From Candidatus Thorarchaeota archaeon (GTDB lineage Archaea; Asgardarchaeota; Thorarchaeia; Thorarchaeales; Thorarchaeaceae): a DNA stretch of 43,134 nt. The stretch covers positions 1 to 43,134 of the forward strand of contig JAUVHR010000002.1 in the NCBI GenBank assembly GCA_030593165.1, in the 5' to 3' direction. Within the stretch, counting starts at the first letter, position 1, and each line of letters begins with the position of its first letter. Shown one piece after another: positions 10,201-17,842 of the stretch. Position numbers and translations under genes: made by a program. The notes under the pieces were generated by a model. The model did no database searches and had not been told where the DNA came from. It was given only the letters and a program-made list of their open reading frames with translations.

Positions 10201-12628
10201 CAGCGAGAAGAGAGCTGAGTACATTGAACTCAAACACATCTCGCAGGTTGTCAAGACGCTCCTGCAATCATGCGAGAAAAACACCACGGATATAGAAGAG
10301 GATTGGACTGGATTCTTGAAGAGATTAGGATCACTTGTAACAACAGATCAGAAAGCAAATCGTAGTAGAGTCTTGAATGATATTGTGAATCTCCTGCAGA
10401 CGGACCCAATATCCGTTCAATTATGGGACACTATGGGATGGATGCGTGGGACTCGAATGACGGAGGGGTTGAACCCACAAGACCATGAGATGTTGGAGGA
10501 CCTGTTGAGTGCCAGACCGCATCTTACTCTCTCTTACGGCAACTATCTGTTCCTTATGCTTCTGGGACTTGTAAGGGAGTTTCCGTCACTGACTGAAGAG
10601 CATCTCAAACAATTATGGGACATGTTGAGACCTTGGCAACTCAAACAGATGAGTTTCAGACATACTATGGAAGAGGAATCAGAAGAGAGTGTGTCAAGAT
10701 TCGACATTCGAGCGGTCTGGGCTAACTTGAGAAAGCGAGTGAAGACAATGGTCGCTCGGCCTGTTCCGGAATCCGCCTCTATTAGGTATGGTCAGTTCTT
10801 GGTGTATACAAAGGATGAGGACGAATCCGCGTATAGTATGGTACTCGAGGAGAGGTACAATCGAGAAAGGATGCTTGTTGGAGTTTGGGTGGGATCCGAG
10901 CCCCTTATGCTCAAGTCTTCTATGAGCTGGGCCACGACTAATAGGGATGAGATTGTGGGATGTCTGTTGAACCATAGTAGTCCATCTGGGACTTACGATA
11001 TCGCAGTGAGCAATCATTCAGGGGATGACTACCTCTGGATATGTAATGAGGGTGAATGGGCCCTTCAGGGGAAACTTGATCTTGTCAGACAGAAGAGAGG
11101 TTCAGTTACTGGAATCCGTGGATTGTGTGTGTCGGAATTCACTCAGCAGGGTATCTCAGTAGTGCCAAGGGGGCTTCAGGCTCCATCAGAACTTGGCACG
11201 AAAGTGCAGCGAAGGCTTACTCAAGTCTTTGACTGTTTCAAGTTGTGTGTAGCAAGTTGTGTTTCGTTGGATATTGACTCGGAGGGTTATGTGGTCAGTT
11301 TCTGCGACCTAGATGACGGTGAGCTAGTCGACAAAAGGGTCATCCAACGAACCTCAGAGCTCATTGCCTTACTTCGCACTCCAGTTGTGACAGGACTCCC
11401 ATTACGAAGCTCAAGAGATTCAGAGGTTTACTTGACTTGGAGGTTGTATGATGATATTGACTATGGTGAGCTTCAACTCTTCAAGCCATATGTTGAGCGG
11501 AAGACTCCATTTGTACATGTACGAATGATATTGCCTCAGACAGCATCTGATCTGATGAGCCGTGATGTGGAACATATTACTCTGACAGTAACACATGACG
11601 AGTCATTATGTCCCGTCAAGAACAATGGTACAGACAGACATGATGCATGCTGGCGCATTGGAATTCCTGATGATGTTGATGATTCCTTTCTGAAGGAACT
11701 CAGTACCAGGGGGATGGCCGATAACGAGATTCTGAGTCTGATATCTTCAGGCAAGGTGTTTCTTGAGGGTGCGAGCTATGATTTTGATCACATATTTGAC
11801 CCTGAGCTTCATACAAGAGAAGCTGTGGTGTTCAGAGAGAGCAGCTACTTCGCCCGCAAGTTCGAAACAAAAAGAGTGAGTGCTGGTACGTACCTTCAGA
11901 TAGAGTCAGAGAAACTGGTCTGTATCTTACGCAAAGAGAATCGGGATATAGTGCTCAATGTCAGGTCAGACATAACTGGTGAAGAGGTCTATTCATGGAT
12001 ACTAGTGACGATGGAAGAGGGTGTGGGAATTCAAGATGCAATGATAGACGCTGAGGCCAGACTTCAACAGATTGTAGATGACCACTTTGGAGAGGGTCAT
12101 GGGCTTGGAACTCGAATAGACGATTATGAGCAGGTTGCTGAGAACATCAGGGAAATGCTTCAGACGATGTATGTTTCAGACCTTAGAGAGTCTGTCTTTG
12201 CGGATAGTGGAATGGACCATGGTGCACTTGAAGAACTTCTTCAGTACTACAGGGACCAGGCGGAAGAAGACCCGACCCTTGAGATAGAAACCGCTTCAGT
12301 CCTTCATGAGGTTGCACAACTGTTGATTGAACAGGACGAACTAGATGAGGCAAGTGCTGTGATTGAGGAGTGTATTGAAATTCTCGAGAGTTACCTGAAT
12401 AAATGGGACACTGATTCCGTCCGAATAGATCTCTCAGAGATGTTGGTATTGGGAGTAAGAGTAATGATGTCGAGGGAGGGTGAAAATCTAGACAGTGATT
12501 CAGTAGAGCGGAACCTCAAGAGAGCAGTGAAACTCAGCGAGGGGATTACTACTCATGGTCATCCTCATTCTCAGGCCAAGAGAATTGTTGCTGAAGCAAA
12601 AGAATTGCTTGTACAGATTGGAGAATAG
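7229..12628 (+). CDS. Giant orphan protein (1,799 aa) with a PD-(D/E)xK-type nuclease motif and a C-terminal acidic helical-repeat region
   Basis: An uninterrupted 5.4-kb ORF. The nuclease-like motifs are 'GRAD402LVMF', then 28 aa later 'VFD430IK432SK', then 'Q486LEAY490'. No P-loop was seen. The last ~160 aa are helical, acidic and TPR-like. The start may be ATG 7244. Confidence 0.8.
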   Translation: MKCYPMASEGTEKSSPSYPYSPARVIARAYLNGLSSLRNLLRERVTKDTKDVYTRTQNLWTGAMKKWEESKKSGDRDFSHITGVERHMRRNFYEMIWKTTAPFGNKEYKRVRSERTGQVGRMNRLINMAGAQLRNYVVTRFPFPEPEVIGQRGGKPIFGYGEDSTFGWVEVSHATLGELDFADMIRSHVLELCRKCFIYDVPMNAARRYVSLLIWRLSPFLEYLYTSGESGRWGFARSRRKEGRKKTGPDADKILREIVAEIESIYGTRTGRPKVVTESVEASRQTLNKSFFKEQIEELRRVKKDVSREEKECKEIWADLLDCYCRRGILRDEDAKRMQEETVRRARWQGIRWHRLMSNGLPQPFGLESVVLDGDSLADEGDEWLLVAEVPVTTELGEGRADLVMFKRYVIQNPRLPSQLVVWKPVAVFDIKSKTAFDWEIISKEKVSKKHGKMAIPGFILRRRSLTESEWDAAVKDTPRKDEKQQLEAYAKGLAKEYGKITGDVTPVSSLTGVIVLDTTQDSAQVRPVMWKLVKELCRNAPAQLRRRLDKHVLIVIKDETLDLLKLTAVVKSSKDQLELISEKGHPLETVSPYSPHDESTQSRNGRFVLYLAVNSASRSGISATWIARYWHGLRLVQDLKSEVSCSKVIWLDLAGDLGHGPLAETRLGLSQHLQQIRELFRTSKIRDLSSVVHDFLFRGQSLPTLEEMIGEELEGLRDQIVVVSGWSLLRSVVPPRLRSALSELERILAVELRQTGTTVVWFGEPEITELTSSLHQRRSVIPFADRSFLSGVTTDIVWNLPIRPYASGQLTPLLDDLRVIVSEDGTNASFDLVEIQPLQNWSSRFWNVTRESISYSPRKRRGRSPIRTIDVLQDAALQEQLIRDSLELVPWCRNYLEEEVVQDGSSMTTKLKTYSLKRGLGTRTSGGHRLTYRTRMPTSRHGKSYMPLRDIIPKALITHHRGYREILTPTSNKKSVHRPPNEALVRFHGFSEKRAEYIELKHISQVVKTLLQSCEKNTTDIEEDWTGFLKRLGSLVTTDQKANRSRVLNDIVNLLQTDPISVQLWDTMGWMRGTRMTEGLNPQDHEMLEDLLSARPHLTLSYGNYLFLMLLGLVREFPSLTEEHLKQLWDMLRPWQLKQMSFRHTMEEESEESVSRFDIRAVWANLRKRVKTMVARPVPESASIRYGQFLVYTKDEDESAYSMVLEERYNRERMLVGVWVGSEPLMLKSSMSWATTNRDEIVGCLLNHSSPSGTYDIAVSNHSGDDYLWICNEGEWALQGKLDLVRQKRGSVTGIRGLCVSEFTQQGISVVPRGLQAPSELGTKVQRRLTQVFDCFKLCVASCVSLDIDSEGYVVSFCDLDDGELVDKRVIQRTSELIALLRTPVVTGLPLRSSRDSEVYLTWRLYDDIDYGELQLFKPYVERKTPFVHVRMILPQTASDLMSRDVEHITLTVTHDESLCPVKNNGTDRHDACWRIGIPDDVDDSFLKELSTRGMADNEILSLISSGKVFLEGASYDFDHIFDPELHTREAVVFRESSYFARKFETKRVSAGTYLQIESEKLVCILRKENRDIVLNVRSDITGEEVYSWILVTMEEGVGIQDAMIDAEARLQQIVDDHFGEGHGLGTRIDDYEQVAENIREMLQTMYVSDLRESVFADSGMDHGALEELLQYYRDQAEEDPTLEIETASVLHEVAQLLIEQDELDEASAVIEECIEILESYLNKWDTDSVRIDLSEMLVLGVRVMMSREGENLDSDSVERNLKRAVKLSEGITTHGHPHSQAKRIVAEAKELLVQIGE

Positions 12629-12760
12629 CAGACGACTTTGTTTACTGTGATATCATGATAACTATCACCCAAGAATAATTTCATCGGGACTTTTGTAGGT
12701 CTTAGTGGCCTAATAGCCTAACCATAAGTTTATTAGGCGTCGAAGGTACCTAACGCTTAG

Positions 12761-13585
12761 GTGTGTACTTTGGACCGTGATTATGAAAGTGTACAAATCG
12801 CAACTCCTGCAGTGACAATGGAAACAGTGGGAAAAGTTACGAGAGGACTATTCTCCTTCAAAAAACGTGCCACATACAAGGATTTAGCAAAACTAGTCGG
12901 TTTGCACGAAATCACTGTGAGTAAAGGTTTTAGTGCTGCGAGAGACCTTGGCCTAATGGAAACGACAGGTGGCAGAGGAGTATACATACTAACAAGTGTG
13001 GGCGAGAATTTTGCAAGGCTACTGGATTTTGGGAAAGAGGTGGATTGTCGAACACTGATTGCTAAGCAGATTATCGAATTGGAGAACTGGAGTGAGATAG
13101 TCACGTTTCTGGAGATTAATCGGGGCATTCCCAAGAATCCCCTAGATTTGGTTTTGCATGTAGAAGGAAGACTAGGGAAGCGATGGAAGAGTAGAATGCG
13201 CACGAAGATTGCCAGATCGTACAGGTCGATTCTTGAATATGCAGGCCTGATAGAAATTGATGATGGGAACATTATATCGATACTATCTATGGGGGGAGAA
13301 TCCGAATTACTGGGCCCATCTGATGGCCAAGAACCTGCAAAATCACCAACTGAAACCGGAACCTATTCTTCATCTATTTCTAATGTAAGGATGTTGACAG
13401 ATTACGCTGAGTTCGGTATTCCCGACTTCTTTGTCGTATTTGTTAAGAAAACACCTAGTGCTGTAGACTTCTTTCGAAAGCAAATTGCGAATAGTAGTCT
13501 CTTTGTGGCATGGCTTGATACCTTACAAAATGAGCTTGAAAAGAAATCATTGGAAGAGAATTTTGATAATGAGGAAGGGGACTAA
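12761..13585 (+). CDS. Tandem winged-helix protein, paralog A (274 aa)
   Basis: It aligns clearly by eye with ORF 14099..14899 ('IATPxxTM', 'ARxLGL', 'WxEIVxFL', 'DLVxHVE', 'YRxIL', 'DYAExxIP', 'WLD'). Two wHTH-like segments are present. The start is GTG 12761 or TTG 12770. Confidence 0.7.
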   Translation: MCTLDRDYESVQIATPAVTMETVGKVTRGLFSFKKRATYKDLAKLVGLHEITVSKGFSAARDLGLMETTGGRGVYILTSVGENFARLLDFGKEVDCRTLIAKQIIELENWSEIVTFLEINRGIPKNPLDLVLHVEGRLGKRWKSRMRTKIARSYRSILEYAGLIEIDDGNIISILSMGGESELLGPSDGQEPAKSPTETGTYSSSISNVRMLTDYAEFGIPDFFVVFVKKTPSAVDFFRKQIANSSLFVAWLDTLQNELEKKSLEENFDNEEGD

Positions 13586-14106
13586 TGACAGAAGAAGAGA
13601 AGCCAACCTTAGTTCCTACTTCAAGTATGAAGTTTGAGAAACATGTCTTGATTCTCAGAGCATATGTCGTCTTGACTGATAATGGGAAATCACCGGTCCA
13701 CTACAAGACTGTGATGAAGATGACACGACTTGCAAGAACGCAAATCTCTGGTACTAACGCCTTCTTTGTTGGACTAGGCCTTCTTCGAAAGGTCGATGAA
13801 GGAATATACAATCCAGTTGATCAATCCGTTCTCTTTATTGGTGAAAAACCTGGAGATGAGGACTTTTCCGTTCTGAAACCAGTTCTACAATATTCTGCTT
13901 TATACCGATTTATTAAGGGATTGATAAGAATACACGGGACTGTCACTGTTGATGATGCTGTTTCCTTCTTACTTGAGGAGTCTGGAGAGAAGTCGCCCGA
14001 GCGCGCGAAACGGGCCCTTGAGTGGTTGGAAAAGTGTGGTCTCATGTCGACTGTGGACGATGAAATCACATTAATTGATATCAAGGAGGGGATAGGAAGT
14101 GTCTGA
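13585..14106 (+). CDS. Tandem winged-helix protein, short member (173 aa)
   Basis: Its ATG shares 1 nt with the preceding TAA (TAATG). Two wHTH-like segments are present ('HYKTVMKMTRLARTQISGTNAFFVGLGLL', 'VTVDDAVSFLLEESGEKSPERAKRALEWLEKCGLM'). Confidence 0.65.
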   Translation: MTEEEKPTLVPTSSMKFEKHVLILRAYVVLTDNGKSPVHYKTVMKMTRLARTQISGTNAFFVGLGLLRKVDEGIYNPVDQSVLFIGEKPGDEDFSVLKPVLQYSALYRFIKGLIRIHGTVTVDDAVSFLLEESGEKSPERAKRALEWLEKCGLMSTVDDEITLIDIKEGIGSV

Positions 14107-14899
14107 TGAGAAGACCTCGCCTAGGATTGCGACACCAATCCAGACAATGGGAACAATTAGACGTGTGATTGAAGGCCTCTACAGGTACAAGAAAACGGCT
14201 AAAGGAACAGAATTCTCGACGCACGTGGGGATGCATTATAGTGAAGTAGGCAAAGCCCTAGGAGATGCTAGAAGTCTTGGGCTTGTTGCAGATGGGGAAG
14301 AGTATGGATCATTCATTCTGACTGACGAAGGAAGAAAGTTCGCAATACTTCTGGGCCATGAAAAAGATGATGAGTGTGGGCAGTTGCTTGCAGAACTGAT
14401 TCTGAGTTCCCCTGAGTGGATTGAGATTGTCCTATTCCTGAAAGAACGTATCGGACAGCCTTTTGACATTGCTGACTTGGTGGTACATGTCGAGCAAAAA
14501 CACGATAAATCATGGAGCAGTGGTAGACGTAAGAAGGCGGAAAGAGCATATAGAACAATTCTCAGCTTTGCCAATATCGTTCGGATTGAGGGGGGCATGT
14601 TGGTGCCAACATCAATTCTGGATGACAGCCACCAGTCAGAACAAATTACTATAGATAGTATTGATACTGGTTTGGCACACACGCTTCACGCAAGCTTCAG
14701 ATCATTGCAGTCCACACTGACTAAGACTAAAAATCCGGATTATGCAGAAGTCACTATTCCAAAATTGTTCACATTGAGCGTGAATATGTCCAGAGAAGCT
14801 GTAGAGTATGTTCGGGAACAACTGTCCAAAGAGAGTATGTTGAACGTGTGGCTCGATGAAATCGAAAGTTGTTTGGAATCCGAAAGTGAAATAGATTGA
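14099..14899 (+). CDS. Tandem winged-helix protein, paralog B (266 aa)
   Basis: The GTG start overlaps the previous ORF by 8 nt. It is a paralog of ORF 12761..13585 along its whole length. Confidence 0.7.
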   Translation: MSDEKTSPRIATPIQTMGTIRRVIEGLYRYKKTAKGTEFSTHVGMHYSEVGKALGDARSLGLVADGEEYGSFILTDEGRKFAILLGHEKDDECGQLLAELILSSPEWIEIVLFLKERIGQPFDIADLVVHVEQKHDKSWSSGRRKKAERAYRTILSFANIVRIEGGMLVPTSILDDSHQSEQITIDSIDTGLAHTLHASFRSLQSTLTKTKNPDYAEVTIPKLFTLSVNMSREAVEYVREQLSKESMLNVWLDEIESCLESESEID

Positions 14900-15137
14900 C
14901 GAAACAAGCAGTACATTCATTCGGATTTCAATTGCTTGAAACCCAGAGTCTGAAATAGTGCTATCAATCGATTGGTAATTTCGTGTGCTGTATCATCAGA
15001 TGATTTTGATTTCACTGTAAAGGTAATTCTGATATCCAGCTCCACTTCTGTTTCTCGCGTAGATCCTTCTTCATGCTTTTTGAAAAGGCATCAATAGAAA
15101 TATGAGTTAGTGATGTAAGTTTGAGGAAGGGGACTTT

Positions 15138-17114
15138 ATGGAAAAACTTCGGATTCCAATAGGGATTTCTTCAGATAGGTTGCTTTCTGTTTTGTCAGCA
15201 TGGTTCAGAACAGCGGGAGAAAGTGGAGAGTACTCAACAAGTGAAGTAGAGAAGAAGACCAAAGAAAAGAAACAAACCCTTCAGAGACAGAGCCCGTTCC
15301 TTGTTCAAATCGGGATTCTTGAACAAGTTGGTTCTAAATACAAGCTAACAGATAGAGGAAAACAAGTTACAAGATACGTGGAGTATGAACAATGGAATGA
15401 CTTCAAAGAAGTAATGAATAATCTAGTATTTGATTGGAAAGAATCTCAAGTTCTTTTTGAATACATTCACGAAAATGAACCTATTGAAATCACGACCTTG
15501 ACGAAACGTATCATGATGTATTCAGGGCGTGCTTCTTCCGATACGAATGTGTGGATGGGAGCGAATGCACTTCTGGGTATTCTGGAAAAAGCTGAAATTC
15601 TACAAATTTCCGAAAGTAGAGTCAGCCTTTCGGATGATTTTTTGAGAAAACGTCAAGGTGGAGTGGATGATTGGGGTCGTTCAGGTTTCACGAAACCTGA
15701 GGACAAGATTTCGATAACTAGTATTGTTATTCAGAATATTAAATCTCTCTTAAAAGTTGAATTTCCTGTCAAGAAAATGAACATCCTTATCGGGAAAAAT
15801 TCATCTGGAAAGTCATCTGTATTGCATGCTTTACTTGCTCTTAGATGCTTAAAATGGGGATCTACTCATGCCAGTAGTTCCTTTCATGATTTTCGCTGGC
15901 TTCATCGAAAGAACGCAATTGGACCAATGTTTCTGTCACTGAATGGTTCTGTAACAAATAGGAATGAGATTACTCCATTCAAGTTTAGAGTGTCATTCTC
16001 TATCACAGGATCATACTGCACCCAATTGTGCATTTATGATGGGTTGGATAGATTATGTGACACTTCCCTGTTTTATAGAAGACAAGATTTGTGGATACCC
16101 TTCAACCAGTATGATGGTTTAGAGGAACTAGAGGAATTGCGGGATAATATGCAGGAAGGCCTCATTCAGCTTTCTGAAATGTTGGAGAAGTATACTGATA
16201 CAGACCCAGCGAGTGAAACATCCTCGGATTCTAATGATGAACATAACTTCTCACTAATGATGGATAACAAAGGGAGTAGAGAGCAGACCTATCTTCCACG
16301 ACGTTTTCTGGGAGCATGGACAGGAATCTTACCTGAGTATCTGAGAGAAACCACAATGGAATCTCTGCGACTTGGTTACATGGTAAGTAGATCAGGATTA
16401 AGTAGATTTGTTGATAATATCGAGTTTATTCCCGCAGTGAGAGGCTTCTTTTCTATTGATTATCAACAAAGAGATACCCCCCCCGAGAGAATTCCTGATG
16501 ATTTGAGTTTCGTCACATATTTCCTCAGTAAGCTGATTTACAGCGATCATATTGTTGATGATGATTTAGAGGATATTAAAAAATGGGCAGCAATGTTTGG
16601 AATTCCTGGATTTGAGGCATTAGTACAACCAGGTCCAAAAGTAGAAGGCAGGGGTCGAATTTATGATGGCAATGAAACATTGCCAGTCGCATTGTATGGA
16701 TTTGGATCTAATCAGTTTTTGACTGTGGTTGGCAAATGCATTCTTGCACCGAGAAATGCGCCAATTCTCATAGAGGAACCCGAGATACATCTTCATCCTG
16801 AACTTCAAGCACTATCGGCTGATTTCTTGATTGAAATGATGCAAAGGGGGCACCAAGTTTTTGCAGCAACGCATTCAGAACATCTAATCGCAAGAATTCA
16901 GAGGAGAATTGCTGATGGGACGATAACTCCAGATGATGTCGCTATTCTTTGGATACACTTGGACGATGAGAGTCAAGGTACATCAATTGAAGAAGTGAAT
17001 ATCAGTGATGATGGTATAATTTATGGAGGACTGCAAACATACCTTCGATTTCTTGAGAGTGAGTTAGTGGAAATTGAACTTGCAAGACAGGCTAGAGAAC
17101 AGGAAGAGGAATGA
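15138..17114 (+). CDS. Tandem-wHTH module fused to an ABC/OLD-type (AAA_15/AAA_21-like) ATPase
   Basis: The N-terminal ~170 aa repeat the architecture of the three upstream wHTH proteins. Walker A is 'G219KNSSGKS226' (15792-15815). The Walker B/D-loop block is 'ILIEEPEIHLHPELQ...FAATHSEHLI' (from 16764). A GGAAGGGGA SD-like box precedes the ATG. Confidence 0.8.
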   Translation: MEKLRIPIGISSDRLLSVLSAWFRTAGESGEYSTSEVEKKTKEKKQTLQRQSPFLVQIGILEQVGSKYKLTDRGKQVTRYVEYEQWNDFKEVMNNLVFDWKESQVLFEYIHENEPIEITTLTKRIMMYSGRASSDTNVWMGANALLGILEKAEILQISESRVSLSDDFLRKRQGGVDDWGRSGFTKPEDKISITSIVIQNIKSLLKVEFPVKKMNILIGKNSSGKSSVLHALLALRCLKWGSTHASSSFHDFRWLHRKNAIGPMFLSLNGSVTNRNEITPFKFRVSFSITGSYCTQLCIYDGLDRLCDTSLFYRRQDLWIPFNQYDGLEELEELRDNMQEGLIQLSEMLEKYTDTDPASETSSDSNDEHNFSLMMDNKGSREQTYLPRRFLGAWTGILPEYLRETTMESLRLGYMVSRSGLSRFVDNIEFIPAVRGFFSIDYQQRDTPPERIPDDLSFVTYFLSKLIYSDHIVDDDLEDIKKWAAMFGIPGFEALVQPGPKVEGRGRIYDGNETLPVALYGFGSNQFLTVVGKCILAPRNAPILIEEPEIHLHPELQALSADFLIEMMQRGHQVFAATHSEHLIARIQRRIADGTITPDDVAILWIHLDDESQGTSIEEVNISDDGIIYGGLQTYLRFLESELVEIELARQAREQEEE

Positions 17115-17623
17115 ATTCTATGGCCTGCAATGGTTTGGCAGTCATCCTTGATACATCAGTTTTTGTTTGCTGTTTCAAGCTAAGAGAAGATTATGGAAAT
17201 ATAATAAATAAAATTAGAGAGGACGGTTTCTATATCGTGATTTGCCCTTCTATACGGCAAGAGTATGTAAGACATATGTATGGAAGATCTGCATCATCTC
17301 ATTGGTTAGTGCGGCAGCATCTAGATGATTTACAAAAAGATGGGGTTCTGGTTTATGCAAGACCTATAGAGGAGAACGAAATAGAGATTCAAAGGAAAGA
17401 TCAACATGTGATAGATTGTGCTTTTAATAAGACATGCAGAGTTCACTTGATTATCACTGATAACGCAAAAGATTTTGTTTCAAAAACTAAGCAGTTTAGA
17501 ATTCCAGTGATAGTTCAACCAAGGAATTTTCTTGAGAAGAATAATAGAGAAAATCTTTGTAGTGAAATACGACGGTTACTATCTGAAGAGAAAAAGATTG
17601 GGAAGTCTGTAGTAATTCACTAG
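17111..17623 (+). CDS. PIN-domain nuclease
   Basis: An ATGA overlap joins it to the ATPase stop. The PIN acidic residues are 'VILD14TSV', 'RQEY', 'VIDCA' and 'IITDNAKDF'. 170 aa. Confidence 0.75.
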   Translation: MNSMACNGLAVILDTSVFVCCFKLREDYGNIINKIREDGFYIVICPSIRQEYVRHMYGRSASSHWLVRQHLDDLQKDGVLVYARPIEENEIEIQRKDQHVIDCAFNKTCRVHLIITDNAKDFVSKTKQFRIPVIVQPRNFLEKNNRENLCSEIRRLLSEEKKIGKSVVIH

Positions 17624-17842
17624 TTCGTCAAAGTTCAACAGCTTCTTGAGCTTTCAACGCCACTTTATCATTAGTTCACTGTGGTGGTTGATGTAAGGAA
17701 GATTGCTAGCCAACAAGTAATTGAAAGCACAACGATTCGTTTTGTTGAAAATCCACTATCAGTCTGCGTAGGTGTTTCACTTCCCACTAAACATCACTCC
17801 CTAATTTGAATGTATTTTCGGTCCTCATCTGCTGGCTGATTA

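Noticed and set aside
7229-12628. The giant protein as a STAND/NLR-like or helicase-type defence protein (Avs- or Druantia-like).
   Set aside because: Scanning the translation, I found no GxxxxGK[ST] Walker A, no DEAD/DExH box and no other NTPase signature. Only the PD-(D/E)xK motif and the C-terminal helical repeats are supported.
14993-15005. Palindrome ATCATC-A-GATGAT in the spacer before the ATPase gene.
   Set aside because: It is a single 6-bp-arm palindrome in AT-rich DNA, unrelated to the CCTAA/TTAGG motifs, and indistinguishable from chance.
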